A stretch of 46,498 nucleotides of DNA from Promethearchaeota archaeon (GCA_030603385.1 JAUVXW010000036.1:1-46498), one strand, 5' to 3'. Positions 28,662 through 38,747 are shown, numbered from the stretch's first letter. The notes: generated by a model not told the origin, from the sequence alone. Numbers and translations: made by a program.

Positions 28662-29906
28662 TTATAATTTAAGTGAGAATAAAGGATTTAAACGAGCGAT
28701 AATATCTCCAAGGTCTAACTGGATTGTTTTCAGTATTATATCTCGTCCTCTATATTCAAATTGCATCTCCCCTGCATTTCTAATTATTTTTAACCTACTT
28801 ATATTTGTTTTTAAAGACGTAACAAAATATCTTTGATGTTTATAGTCTAACACATCTAATACATCTTCGATATCTGGAAGACTATAACCACCTCCATGCG
28901 GAAGAATACATGCATTTGTTAGTAATTCTAGAATTTCAAATTTTTTTGCTCTTTCTAAGAGATTAGAATTCTGTAAAGTTGTAATAGAAAGGTTGCGTTT
29001 ACCTTTAAACAAATAAGCGGCAATATCAGCCCTAAGTGTCGTTGGAAAAATATCTGAATTAATAATATCACTATTAATATCTGTACAATTACTCCCCAAA
29101 TACATATTATTATAATCCTTAAGAAATTGATGTGGCTGATTACATATAATCTTGTACCCATAATCAAAAAGATTGTTAGCAATTAATTCTCTTTTCGAAT
29201 TAGAGAATTCCAAGGCTTTTTCATGAAGTCGGAGATAAGATTTAGCATCAGAATCTAGTAGGATATTTTGTGTTCCAAATTTAGTTTTCTCTTCAATTGC
29301 TAACTCTTTCAACACTTTTGATTTGTCTATATAAAGACCAATATCATTTTTAACATCTCTATACTCAGGAGCGCTCCCATGGATTAGAAAAACATAGGGT
29401 GGGAGGTCTAGATCAGATAGATTTTTAGTTTCAAGACAATTGATGAAGTGGTTAGATATTCCATAATCCCAGTTTATTAAAATATCATTGTAATATAACT
29501 CACTAGATTTGATATGATCTATTTTTTTAATTAAATCATAAGGATCGGGTAATTCCTCTAAACCTCCCACCAGAATTCCACAACAGTTTGGCTTTGTATT
29601 TAAAAAAATTATTTTTTCTTTACCATTTCCCCAATTCAATCGACCGCCATAACCTAGTCCGGAATTCCACCTAAATTTATTCCTTGAAATAGTTTCATCA
29701 GGTGCACTAATGAATGTTGCCTTCGGTTCAAATCCATATTTTTCTTGTATAAGATGAAATTGTGAAAGACCATACTGCATATTTGCTTTACATAATTTAG
29801 ATGCTCCATCATTTAGACCAGTAGAAAAAATAAATTGACTCGCTCTCTCTAATAACTCTGACTTTGTTAACTCTGAAACTTTCTGGTATAGAGCTGAGGA
29901 ACGCAT
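28662..29906 (-). CDS. Highly divergent RtcB-fold protein (putative RNA ligase/guanylyltransferase)
   Basis: RtcB-like motifs in the expected order: PD, GLGYGG, PNCCG, SNHF, IHGS, PHQ, PHGGG and terminal ARLNPLFSLK. Confidence 0.6.
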   Translation of the reverse strand: MRSSALYQKVSELTKSELLERASQFIFSTGLNDGASKLCKANMQYGLSQFHLIQEKYGFEPKATFISAPDETISRNKFRWNSGLGYGGRLNWGNGKEKIIFLNTKPNCCGILVGGLEELPDPYDLIKKIDHIKSSELYYNDILINWDYGISNHFINCLETKNLSDLDLPPYVFLIHGSAPEYRDVKNDIGLYIDKSKVLKELAIEEKTKFGTQNILLDSDAKSYLRLHEKALEFSNSKRELIANNLFDYGYKIICNQPHQFLKDYNNMYLGSNCTDINSDIINSDIFPTTLRADIAAYLFKGKRNLSITTLQNSNLLERAKKFEILELLTNACILPHGGGYSLPDIEDVLDVLDYKHQRYFVTSLKTNISRLKIIRNAGEMQFEYRGRDIILKTIQLDLGDIIARLNPLFSLKL

Positions 29907-30042
29907 TTTAATGAGAATTATTGGTTTATTTGAGATATTCTTATCAAAACATATATAGGAAATATTTTTATATAAGATTAATGATATACATGGAAAAGCT
30001 CATAAAATATGTCCTAATAAAATTGAAGGTTAACCAACTAAA

Positions 30043-30669
30043 ATGAATAAATTAACTGATTTTGTCCTATACGATTCATTAAACAATAAGATATCAGACG
30101 GAAAATTTACTGGATCAATCATTTCCAAATGTAAGGATAAAATTATCTTTTCTGACAATATTACTATCTCAAATTCTAATGAAATCTCAATTTCCCAGGG
30201 ATTGATTGTTGGATTTGAAGAAAAAAACGAAAAAATCACTGCTTTTTCAAAAAAATCTGACTTTATATGGAAAAATTTAGAAGAAACGCCATTAGAATAC
30301 TCTGTTTTAATACCTGAGAACATCGTGGAGCAATATAACCAAGAACAATTTACAGATGACTTCCCTTTCACAATAAATTTACTACATACAGCAGGATTGT
30401 ATTTAAACGATTCAGTATCACACATTGATCATCTTTATTTCTTTAAAGAGGAGATTCTTAAAAATCCTGTTTCTCTAATTGAAAATGGAATTATTATGGC
30501 AGATCGTGTGGTAATTAATGAAATGGAAGATCCTGTTTTTTATGATAGTATTATTGTAGGAAGAGACGATAATAATGAGATTAAAGTGAGCTACGAAACA
30601 TTTGTTAATGTAGATGATAAAAATGTTTTATACATAATTATTTTGGGAATTGAAGAATTGAAAGTATGA
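30043..30669 (+). CDS. Hypothetical protein
   Basis: 208-aa ORF co-oriented with the downstream ATPase. No confident motif. Confidence 0.6.
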   Translation: MNKLTDFVLYDSLNNKISDGKFTGSIISKCKDKIIFSDNITISNSNEISISQGLIVGFEEKNEKITAFSKKSDFIWKNLEETPLEYSVLIPENIVEQYNQEQFTDDFPFTINLLHTAGLYLNDSVSHIDHLYFFKEEILKNPVSLIENGIIMADRVVINEMEDPVFYDSIIVGRDDNNEIKVSYETFVNVDDKNVLYIIILGIEELKV

Positions 30670-30687
30670 ACGGCTTGAATTATAAAA

Positions 30688-31935
30688 ATGCTTCTATTTG
30701 AAAATAAAGAACAAAAACTAATCAACACATTGAAATTTATTGGGTCCCCCTTCAAAAAATTTGTGTCTACAGGAGAGATCAAGGAAGACGTTGGATTAGT
30801 TCACTCTAGACAAGATTTTTTACAGAATATAGCTAATATCATTGAACGAAATGAGAATTTCATTTTACCAATAATAGGAGAAGTAGGGCAAGGGAAAACC
30901 CACTTATATTGGGCACTAAAGCATGAATTATACAAATATAACATTGTATATATCTCACTTGAAACTGTCTATAAAAAATTTTATTATAATACTTACGCTG
31001 AATTTATTGAAAATCTGGGGGAAAAATCTGAGGAACGAGTGGAACCTTTAAGAAATATGACGAAACGATTATGCCATGAATGGGATGCCGGGGAGAGAAA
31101 ATTTGGTTTTTTTCAAATAGCAGATATAGAGAAAGTAAAAAATCAAGCTTATAAAAAATGGTCGCGAAAATTTGAAGATAAGGGTGCCTTGATGGATGTG
31201 ATAACAGCAATAACAGCCCATCAATGTGATCCTTATAAGAAAATTGAAGCGGAGAGATGGCTAATTGGAGATCTAATGGATGTTAGAGACCTTTCAAGAT
31301 TAAATCTGAAGCATGATTTAAGAAAAAGGAATATTGCATTTACGATGTTAAAGGTCCTAATTGAGAATTTAAAAAAAGAAAGTGTGTTATTTATTGATGA
31401 TTTTGAAAGGATCATTTCAATTAGGAATCCTGTTTATGATACAACCGAAGAAATTGAAGAAATTGAAGAAGTTTTTGACCCAAGGTGGTTTGGAAATAAA
31501 CAGACTCCCGAGAATTACTCTTCAGAGAAAGTACTAGACAAGATCCTTGAGTTGCATAAAATAAGAGGTTTAAGAATAATTATAACCCTTAAATCAATCG
31601 ATTACTTGGAAGATTTTAAAAGAAAGATTGAGAACAAAAATAGAAAGCTTTTGCTCATGATGAAAAAACCTCTAATCATGTCAGATTTTGTTGAAGAAGA
31701 TATGTTTCAATTCTATAAGAATTATTTAGACCTCTTTTTCGCAAGTGTTAAATATAAAGATTATTCTAAACATTTTTCAACTTCTTTTTTTCCTTTAAAT
31801 ATGGATGTTTTAAAGTATATTTTTAAAGAAGCAAAAGGTAATCCAAGAGAGGTAATAAAATATTTCATTAAAATATTCAATGAAATTATTACTTCAAATG
31901 AAGAATTAGAAGTTATTCTCGCAAAATACCAATGA
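30688..31935 (+). CDS. P-loop AAA-type ATPase (DUF2791/BrxD-like features)
   Basis: Walker A GEVGQGKT, Walker B VLFIDDFE, 'AERWLIGD' and C-terminal 'GNPREV'. Confidence 0.75.
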   Translation: MLLFENKEQKLINTLKFIGSPFKKFVSTGEIKEDVGLVHSRQDFLQNIANIIERNENFILPIIGEVGQGKTHLYWALKHELYKYNIVYISLETVYKKFYYNTYAEFIENLGEKSEERVEPLRNMTKRLCHEWDAGERKFGFFQIADIEKVKNQAYKKWSRKFEDKGALMDVITAITAHQCDPYKKIEAERWLIGDLMDVRDLSRLNLKHDLRKRNIAFTMLKVLIENLKKESVLFIDDFERIISIRNPVYDTTEEIEEIEEVFDPRWFGNKQTPENYSSEKVLDKILELHKIRGLRIIITLKSIDYLEDFKRKIENKNRKLLLMMKKPLIMSDFVEEDMFQFYKNYLDLFFASVKYKDYSKHFSTSFFPLNMDVLKYIFKEAKGNPREVIKYFIKIFNEIITSNEELEVILAKYQ

Positions 31936-31945
31936 TTATAAAATT

Positions 31946-32683
31946 TCATAAATTCTTCATAAGAATTCTTTCAAAAGTAATAATCTCTTTTATAAAATTC
32001 TCTTTATTTGTCTTATCCCAATTAGAGTTTAATATCATTTCTCTAAATGACTCTGCATTAACTATGGATTTATATTGTATTAAAAGAAGCGATCTTATTC
32101 CTCTTTGCTTTAAAATTTTATAATTATCAGACCTATTCAATAAATTAAATATTCTATCTGGTTGTTGAGGAATTCTTTTTAAGATTCTTCTACAACCCTC
32201 TAATATCTCTGAATCCTTCGAATTCATGAGTCGAATAAGATTTTTTAAAATCTTATCTGGAAGGTTCTTGAAATTTGATAATAATTTCAAGGTGCTAATT
32301 TTAATTACGGAATATTCATCATTTAATGCGTTACTGATTAATTCAACAGATTTTTCATTCAATTCTGTATTTTTAGAGATCTTATCAATCGCTTGAATTA
32401 TCTCATTTCTCACCCATCTATCAGATATATAATATGTGTTGTAAAAAAGTTCCAAAAAATCATTAGATAGTGGAGTTAAATTACCAATTTCACCTATAAC
32501 ATATATAAGGTTTAATTTGATATTCTCATAGAGTTGCTTTTCCAAATCATTCATAAAAAAATCTAAAAAGCTGAGATAATCTTTATTTGGATTCTTGCTT
32601 AATTCAATTAAAAAATTATTGATTATTTCAGGATCTCTAGATTCTTTAGCTTCTTTATAATGAGCCTCAATTAAATCCTTCAT
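31946..32683 (-). CDS. HEAT/ARM repeat protein
   Basis: 'SDRWVRNEIIQAI' and 'LNDEYSVIKISTL' HEAT-like units. Confidence 0.75.
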   Translation of the reverse strand: MKDLIEAHYKEAKESRDPEIINNFLIELSKNPNKDYLSFLDFFMNDLEKQLYENIKLNLIYVIGEIGNLTPLSNDFLELFYNTYYISDRWVRNEIIQAIDKISKNTELNEKSVELISNALNDEYSVIKISTLKLLSNFKNLPDKILKNLIRLMNSKDSEILEGCRRILKRIPQQPDRIFNLLNRSDNYKILKQRGIRSLLLIQYKSIVNAESFREMILNSNWDKTNKENFIKEIITFERILMKNL

Positions 32684-32735
32684 GATTAAAGTTAAATTTA
32701 ACCCTCACAAAATAAAATAAAAAAGAGATTTATTC

Positions 32736-34136
32736 TTACTTATCTGGATTTTCGACAATATTCTTTAAAGGTTTAACCATTTCTGTTTTTATATTAGCAT
32801 AAAACTGTTTTCTAAATTCTTCATTGTTTTCAATTAAGGGTATAAGCATATCATTCATTTTTTTTGCGTTTTTATCATTTTGAGGAAACGTGTCATATAA
32901 ACCATGTTGCTCGTAGTACTTATCATCTGCCCTAAAAATAAATTTAAGTCGGCTAAAAACAGCATCTCTGAAAAGCAATTCAGCGCCTTTACTAAGATAA
33001 GTATGAGTTTGAACATAATTGGAGTTTGAAAATCTAATTGATTGGGTTGCAAAATTTTGTAAGAGTGAGTCGATCTCCTCTGAAGTTCCATATTCATCAG
33101 TAATAAAATCAATAACATTAGATCCCTGGGATTCAGAGTACGCTGAAAAAATTTGTTTAAGATTAGGAATTTGACTTAGGGGTCCAGATATAATGAATCC
33201 AATCTGCTTATCCATCAATGTTGGCACATGATTATTAAAAAAACTCCTATCAAAAACCATTTTCCATCTTGATGATAAATACCTGTCTCTTATATTTCCC
33301 GCAAACACTATAATATCTGATTTTCTTACTTTTTCATCCCAAACTTCCATAAAATCATCTTTCTCCTTGTAGACACATTGATTATCATAACCGCACTGAA
33401 TACAACCTAAACATCCTCCCTTGATATCAATATCATTAATATTAATAACATCCGTTTTCCCAGAAAATGCTATACGAAATCTCTTAATCATCTTGCCTAG
33501 GTTTGTTTCTTCATCCAGGGAATCCGTAAGGATAAGAATTTTTTTACCTTCTGTGTCAATTTTGTTTTCATCACTTACTTTCCCTTTTGGTAAATAATTA
33601 AATTCACGAGGGTTTAAGTTTCGAAAATGCTTTGAAGTTGGAACATTGTTTTCAATAACATAGAAAAAATTTTCCGCGAATGATATTAATCTGTCTCTCT
33701 CTTCAGGTATCATCAAATCACTTGAATCAGCAGAAAAACTGTTAATATATTTCATTTCAAGATCTTCTGATATTGCTCGTAAATAATTATGGGAGGTATG
33801 ATCAAAGTAATGAATTGATGTCGTAAGAGACACAACATATTTATCTTTGAAAGCGCTTTCAACATTTCTTTCTTTGATAAGCTCAATAAACCGCTTATAT
33901 TGAGAAGGAACAAGGCAATAATATACAGGAGTCCCCCAAATTATTCCATCAGATGCTTGAACTTCATTTATAATATCTTGAAATTTTTCTTGGTTTTTTT
34001 CAATCTTCTTAATTTGTTGAGATATATTTATGATTTTAAGTGTGTGCTGAGGGAATTTTTTTTGGATATATAACACATATTGCATTGTAGTACTTTCCTC
34101 ACCCTTAGGACTTCCATTTAAAACTACAATTTGCAT
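32736..34136 (-). CDS. Tandem flavodoxin-fold iron-sulfur flavoprotein / NADPH-dependent FMN reductase
   Basis: 'LNGSPKG' and 'GTPVY' in the first domain. The second domain carries the 'GCLGCIQC....CVY..DD' ISF motif. Confidence 0.85.
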   Translation of the reverse strand: MQIVVLNGSPKGEESTTMQYVLYIQKKFPQHTLKIINISQQIKKIEKNQEKFQDIINEVQASDGIIWGTPVYYCLVPSQYKRFIELIKERNVESAFKDKYVVSLTTSIHYFDHTSHNYLRAISEDLEMKYINSFSADSSDLMIPEERDRLISFAENFFYVIENNVPTSKHFRNLNPREFNYLPKGKVSDENKIDTEGKKILILTDSLDEETNLGKMIKRFRIAFSGKTDVININDIDIKGGCLGCIQCGYDNQCVYKEKDDFMEVWDEKVRKSDIIVFAGNIRDRYLSSRWKMVFDRSFFNNHVPTLMDKQIGFIISGPLSQIPNLKQIFSAYSESQGSNVIDFITDEYGTSEEIDSLLQNFATQSIRFSNSNYVQTHTYLSKGAELLFRDAVFSRLKFIFRADDKYYEQHGLYDTFPQNDKNAKKMNDMLIPLIENNEEFRKQFYANIKTEMVKPLKNIVENPDK

Positions 34137-34325
34137 TTGAATCTCTCTTATTTTATTTAATTGTCAGTAAATATAGATAGGATAATAGAATTAATAATAG
34201 TTTTCTCTTGGAATTTTAAGCTTTTAGCATGAAAACAATTAAGGCTCACAAAATGCCCCTTAAAAAAATGAAGGAAATAGAAAAAAAGAAAGTATAAAAA
34301 AAATTTAATTTTAAAGTATGAACAC

Positions 34326-34562
34326 TTATTTTACTGCTTCAAAATAGATATACCACTGCTCATCATCTTCAATGAACTCTGTTCCTAAATGTTTATGCTT
34401 AGTTTTAGCTAAATCACGTGGAACAGATTCGCTTGCTGGTTTGTAGTCTGTTATTACTTTTAACACTGTACCAGGTCTCATTTTCATGAGTTGCTTTTTC
34501 GTCTTTAAAGCTGGTATAGGGCAAACAGAGCCACAAACATTTAATTCCATATTAAATTTCAT
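34326..34562 (-). CDS. tusA: Sulfur carrier protein TusA (distal copy)
   Basis: 'LNVCGSVCPIP..KTKK' and 'LKVITD'. Confidence 0.9.
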   Translation of the reverse strand: MKFNMELNVCGSVCPIPALKTKKQLMKMRPGTVLKVITDYKPASESVPRDLAKTKHKHLGTEFIEDDEQWYIYFEAVK

Positions 34563-34595
34563 AATTTTTTACCTCTTGGTAAATATTTAGTTTTT

Positions 34596-37067
34596 TTATT
34601 CGCAAATTAAAGTAAAAATTGGTTCTTGCATTCCTGGATCAACCTTCATCTCGACTTGCATTAATTGGGTTAATCGAAGGGCTTCATATCGTACTTTTTT
34701 AGGTTCTAGCTTTAAATTTTGTGCCATATCGCTAATTGTTGTTGGTCCTTGAAGTGTAATATAATCTAAAATCTGTTGCCTTGGAGTTTTTTCAAAAGTT
34801 AAGAGCTCTCGTTTTGATTTAAGATTAATTGCTTTATTTAATTCTTCCTCGTTTACTTCCCCTTCTTCAAATAAACCATTTTTAATAGCAGTCTCTACAA
34901 TCTCCTTCCCTTTATCAGTCCATACTACCACAGTTGTGTACCCTTTTTGAGATCCAACTTCACCCGCCGTTAAATCAGAATAAATAGCAGGAAAATCTTG
35001 ACAGTGAGAACAGAAATGATTACAACTCAAACACCTGCGTGCCTCTTGTATAGCCATTTCTTCATCAAACATTTGATCGATTTCTTCAAAACTCCAAGCA
35101 ATTTCTTCAGTGGCATCTTCTAGTGTTTCTGGTTTTGGTGAATAATCTTTTGGTGGTTTCTTAAGACCTCTAAAAAACATTTTATCTTGTTTAAACCTCC
35201 CTTCAATTAAACTATCACCTTTAAGATATCTGTCAATTGAAATTGCGGCTTCTTTTCCATGTGCAATTGCCGCGATTGCCACTGCTTTCGAGTTATTAAT
35301 TATATCACCTCCAGCAAATACTCCTGGAATGTTCGTTTCAAATGTGACTTCATTTACTCTAATCTTGTTGCGTTCTTTTTCCAATTTATTGTTAGTAGCA
35401 ATATCAATTTGATCAAAATCTACAGCTTGTCCAACCGCAATTACTATAGAATCAATCGGAATTTCATAATCTGAACCTTTAACTTTATTTAATGGTTTTC
35501 TTCCAGTTTCGTCAGGAGATCCCCATTCAATTTTATAACAATTTAACACTAATTTTTCATCATCACTCTGAGTAATTTTAGATGTTGAAGTAGTGAAGTG
35601 ATATTCCATAAATTCAATTTCATTTTCAGGGATTTCTTTTATTACTAATTCAAGCTGTTCTTCAGACATAATATCAACAAAGTGAACTTTACTAGCACCT
35701 AATCTGAGAGCTGTTTGGGCAACATCGACTGCAACCGGACCCCCACCAATTATCCCTAACGTTTTTCCTTTGAATTCTTCTTTATTTTCCCAGTACCGGT
35801 ATTTTCTATCCATAAGAAACTTAATTGCAACATGTACATTAGGAAGATCTTCTCCTTCTAGGTGTAATGTTCGAGGTTTATATTGACCAGTAGCTATGAA
35901 AATTGCTTCAAATCCATCGTTTTTTAAGTCGTCAATAGTCATATCTGGTCCTAATGGTGTGTTAAGAACAATTTCGACCCCAGAGTTTTTTATCATATTT
36001 ACATCATAATCTAATACATAGTTTGGTAATCTAAATTGTGGAACTCCGAATCTTAGCATTCCTCCTGTTTGATCTGATTTTTCAAAAATAGTTGGTGCAT
36101 AACCCATTCTTTTCAAAAAGTATCCTGCTGTCAATCCAGCTGGTCCGGACCCAATAATTGCGACCTTTTTTGCATTCTTTTTAGTTTTACTCTTAGATTT
36201 TGAATCAATCTTTTTCGATTGTTCAATTTCCCATTCGGTAACAAATTTCTTTAATTCCCGAATTGCTACAGGATGATCATCTCCAATTAGTGTACATGCA
36301 TGCTCGCATTCATTTGTACAAATTCTCCCACAAATGGAAGGAAGTGGATTGTTTTCTCGAATTAATTCTACTGCCTCTTGATATTGTCCCTGTCTTATTA
36401 GAGAAATATAACCTTGGGCGTTTACACCTGAGGGACAACCACTACAACAAGGAGAACATACTAAGCCCCGATCAGTTTGCTCGGTTCGCATATGAGAGTT
36501 ACAAAATAAGCCAATTTTTAGTATATCTCGATTCATTTCATCTTCCAATTCAGCGGCACCTCGCATCTCACATGGAACACCTACAATCCCCACTGGTTCG
36601 AAAGTTTCTCCGACTAAATCTACTAATTTTTCTAGAACTCCTGAGCGACCATAGACAACCCCTGCTTTTTGTATAACATCATCAGGATCAGAAACAATAT
36701 TTGCTTGAGGTTTTTCCTCAACATCTTGGACCAATACAATTTCGGCAAGTGATTGGGTCTCTAATAAATTCTTTGCTAATGTGGTGACAACACCACCGTT
36801 TGCCGCTTTTGCTAATATTTCAGGATTTTTGCTTCTTAATGAATAAATAGCTTTTGGTTGCTTTTGCTCAAATTTTTTCTGAATAACCTGCGGGCAACCC
36901 TGGTAGCATTTACCACAATCTTGTCCGTCTCTTTCAAGAATACAATAATCTTTTATTGTTGGGCGTAGAATATCCATTTCTATGTGCTTACACGATCCAA
37001 CACATAGTCCACATCCTTGACACAATCCAGCATTAATAATCTCTTTCCTCAATAATTCAAAACTCAT
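34596..37067 (-). CDS. FrhB/FdhB-family F420-binding subunit with nested GltD/SudA-like NAD(P)H oxidoreductase module and C-terminal wHTH
   Basis: In order: 2x[4Fe-4S]; FrhB motifs 'NGGVVT', 'VGVPC' and 'IGLFC'; then 'CPSGVN...ICGRICTNECE', GSGPAG, GGGPVA and 'EARRCLSC'; then the FrhB tail 'CSHCQDF...DLTAGEVGS..GYTTVVV.TDKG'; then an HTH. Confidence 0.85.
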   Translation of the reverse strand: MSFELLRKEIINAGLCQGCGLCVGSCKHIEMDILRPTIKDYCILERDGQDCGKCYQGCPQVIQKKFEQKQPKAIYSLRSKNPEILAKAANGGVVTTLAKNLLETQSLAEIVLVQDVEEKPQANIVSDPDDVIQKAGVVYGRSGVLEKLVDLVGETFEPVGIVGVPCEMRGAAELEDEMNRDILKIGLFCNSHMRTEQTDRGLVCSPCCSGCPSGVNAQGYISLIRQGQYQEAVELIRENNPLPSICGRICTNECEHACTLIGDDHPVAIRELKKFVTEWEIEQSKKIDSKSKSKTKKNAKKVAIIGSGPAGLTAGYFLKRMGYAPTIFEKSDQTGGMLRFGVPQFRLPNYVLDYDVNMIKNSGVEIVLNTPLGPDMTIDDLKNDGFEAIFIATGQYKPRTLHLEGEDLPNVHVAIKFLMDRKYRYWENKEEFKGKTLGIIGGGPVAVDVAQTALRLGASKVHFVDIMSEEQLELVIKEIPENEIEFMEYHFTTSTSKITQSDDEKLVLNCYKIEWGSPDETGRKPLNKVKGSDYEIPIDSIVIAVGQAVDFDQIDIATNNKLEKERNKIRVNEVTFETNIPGVFAGGDIINNSKAVAIAAIAHGKEAAISIDRYLKGDSLIEGRFKQDKMFFRGLKKPPKDYSPKPETLEDATEEIAWSFEEIDQMFDEEMAIQEARRCLSCNHFCSHCQDFPAIYSDLTAGEVGSQKGYTTVVVWTDKGKEIVETAIKNGLFEEGEVNEEELNKAINLKSKRELLTFEKTPRQQILDYITLQGPTTISDMAQNLKLEPKKVRYEALRLTQLMQVEMKVDPGMQEPIFTLICE

Positions 37068-37069
37068 GT

Positions 37070-38305
37070 TTATCCCTCTCTAATTTTTATTTCTTTAATA
37101 ATTCCTTCAGAATCTATGCTGTATTCTACTGAACCGTTTTTATAGGTTCCTTCAACCACTTCAAAAATTTGGGTTTTATATTCCTCAAAATTATCCTCTT
37201 CATTTATTTTTGATTTGAACCCACCAAAAAATACGTTTGACAAATTCATATTTCCCGCAATCTGACGAATTTCTTCAGTGATTTCCTTATATTGTTTCGC
37301 GTCTTCTTTTTCAATTGCTTCGTGCAATTTTTCTTCTAATTTTAGCAAATCTTCTCGATATTTCCTTGTTTGTTCACTAATCTCGATTTGATTAGCTTTT
37401 TCATATGATTCAATTATTTTAAGAGTGAATGAAATTGATTTATCGCCTCCTAAAAGGCCTGTAATTAATGGTAATTCTTCAATTAATCTTCCAGTAAATA
37501 AATCTTCTAATAAAGTACCTGAAGATGGAATTCTTCCTTTAGGTAAACCAGAGGTAGTTAATGTAAATCTAAAGAAATTTCCAATAATATCTGGTAAACT
37601 TCTTGTTACATCATCATCTTCGTCAGCTAACTTATCTGTTGCTCCTTTAACAGAGTGTTCTGTAGCAACTTCAATGTTTCCCATGAGTGTTCCAAACATG
37701 CCAAGCATACGGATTCCTGGTCTTTCAACTAATTGCTTACAACCTCTACATGGTGTATTATAGTCAATACATCGTTCTTTGCATTCTCGAGAGACAAACC
37801 CATTGCACAGAAACCCTAAGTCATTAAAACAAGTTTCCTCATCTTCAAGTTCAATTTGACGATGTACCTTATCTAAGTATTCACATGTTGCCCTTCGAGT
37901 ACATAAATCACATAGCTTTTTTGGCTTCATTAACTCTTCTCCATTAATCACTGATTTTAATTCATTAACTTCTCCTAAACAACCTTCAATTTCAATTATA
38001 TCGTCAATTAAACCCTTTAGAGGCGTTATTTCATGTCCATGCTGGTTTGCTAAAGCAAAAACTCCACCAGAAACAGTGCAACTACCATAAGCGATAACTT
38101 TATTTGCCTTAGATCTTATCTTACTGAGCAATTCTTTATCAGTTGGGAGTACATAGCCTGTTATTACAGCTGTTTCTATTTTTTCTTCTTTCCACTTTTT
38201 AGGTTCTGAGATGAATTCAACATTATACTCTGAATCTAACTTTAACAATAATGATTCATTAAAACATTTATTACAACCATTAAATTGAAAAATTTTAACA
38301 TCCAT
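37070..38305 (-). CDS. MvhG/FrhG-like [NiFe]-hydrogenase small-subunit homologue with ~200-aa C-terminal extension
   Basis: 'GCNKC', 'AYGSC..GG', 'EGC' and distal 'CDLC..CF..GFLC.G...C...C..PCRGC'. Confidence 0.8.
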   Translation of the reverse strand: MDVKIFQFNGCNKCFNESLLLKLDSEYNVEFISEPKKWKEEKIETAVITGYVLPTDKELLSKIRSKANKVIAYGSCTVSGGVFALANQHGHEITPLKGLIDDIIEIEGCLGEVNELKSVINGEELMKPKKLCDLCTRRATCEYLDKVHRQIELEDEETCFNDLGFLCNGFVSRECKERCIDYNTPCRGCKQLVERPGIRMLGMFGTLMGNIEVATEHSVKGATDKLADEDDDVTRSLPDIIGNFFRFTLTTSGLPKGRIPSSGTLLEDLFTGRLIEELPLITGLLGGDKSISFTLKIIESYEKANQIEISEQTRKYREDLLKLEEKLHEAIEKEDAKQYKEITEEIRQIAGNMNLSNVFFGGFKSKINEEDNFEEYKTQIFEVVEGTYKNGSVEYSIDSEGIIKEIKIREG

Positions 38306-38747
38306 CTTTTATCGTACCCTCTTCTTTAATTGCTGTTGATAACCTATCTACTATATCTTCAAAATCTCCTACTGCCGTTTCACCTTCAGCAGCCCTAGAA
38401 GTGTATTGATTGACAAATTGATCACTATATCCCAATTCTTTAAACAATTTTTTCATCAATTTTATTCTGTGCATTGATAAAACATTTCCATTAAAAAAAT
38501 GACAAGCACCTAAACAGCATCCAACACATGCAACAGCATCAGCACCATTATTTAATGCATCCATAATTTGTATAGGACCAATTTGACCCGTACATTGAAC
38601 TCGTATAATTCTAATTGCGGGATCATAACCCATTCGAGCAACACCTGCAGTATTAGCAGAACCTTGACCACATTCGTTACACATGAAAACTACTAGATTT
38701 TGAATTTTATCTTGAATGTTTTCATCTATAGTTTCATAATCGCTCAT
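38295..38747 (-). CDS. mvhD: MvhD [2Fe-2S] subunit
   Basis: 'FMCNEC', 'IRVQCTG' and 'GCCLGACHF.NGN'. ATG 38747 overlaps the hdrA stop (ATGA). Confidence 0.93.
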   Translation of the reverse strand: MSDYETIDENIQDKIQNLVVFMCNECGQGSANTAGVARMGYDPAIRIIRVQCTGQIGPIQIMDALNNGADAVACVGCCLGACHFFNGNVLSMHRIKLMKKLFKELGYSDQFVNQYTSRAAEGETAVGDFEDIVDRLSTAIKEEGTIKDGC

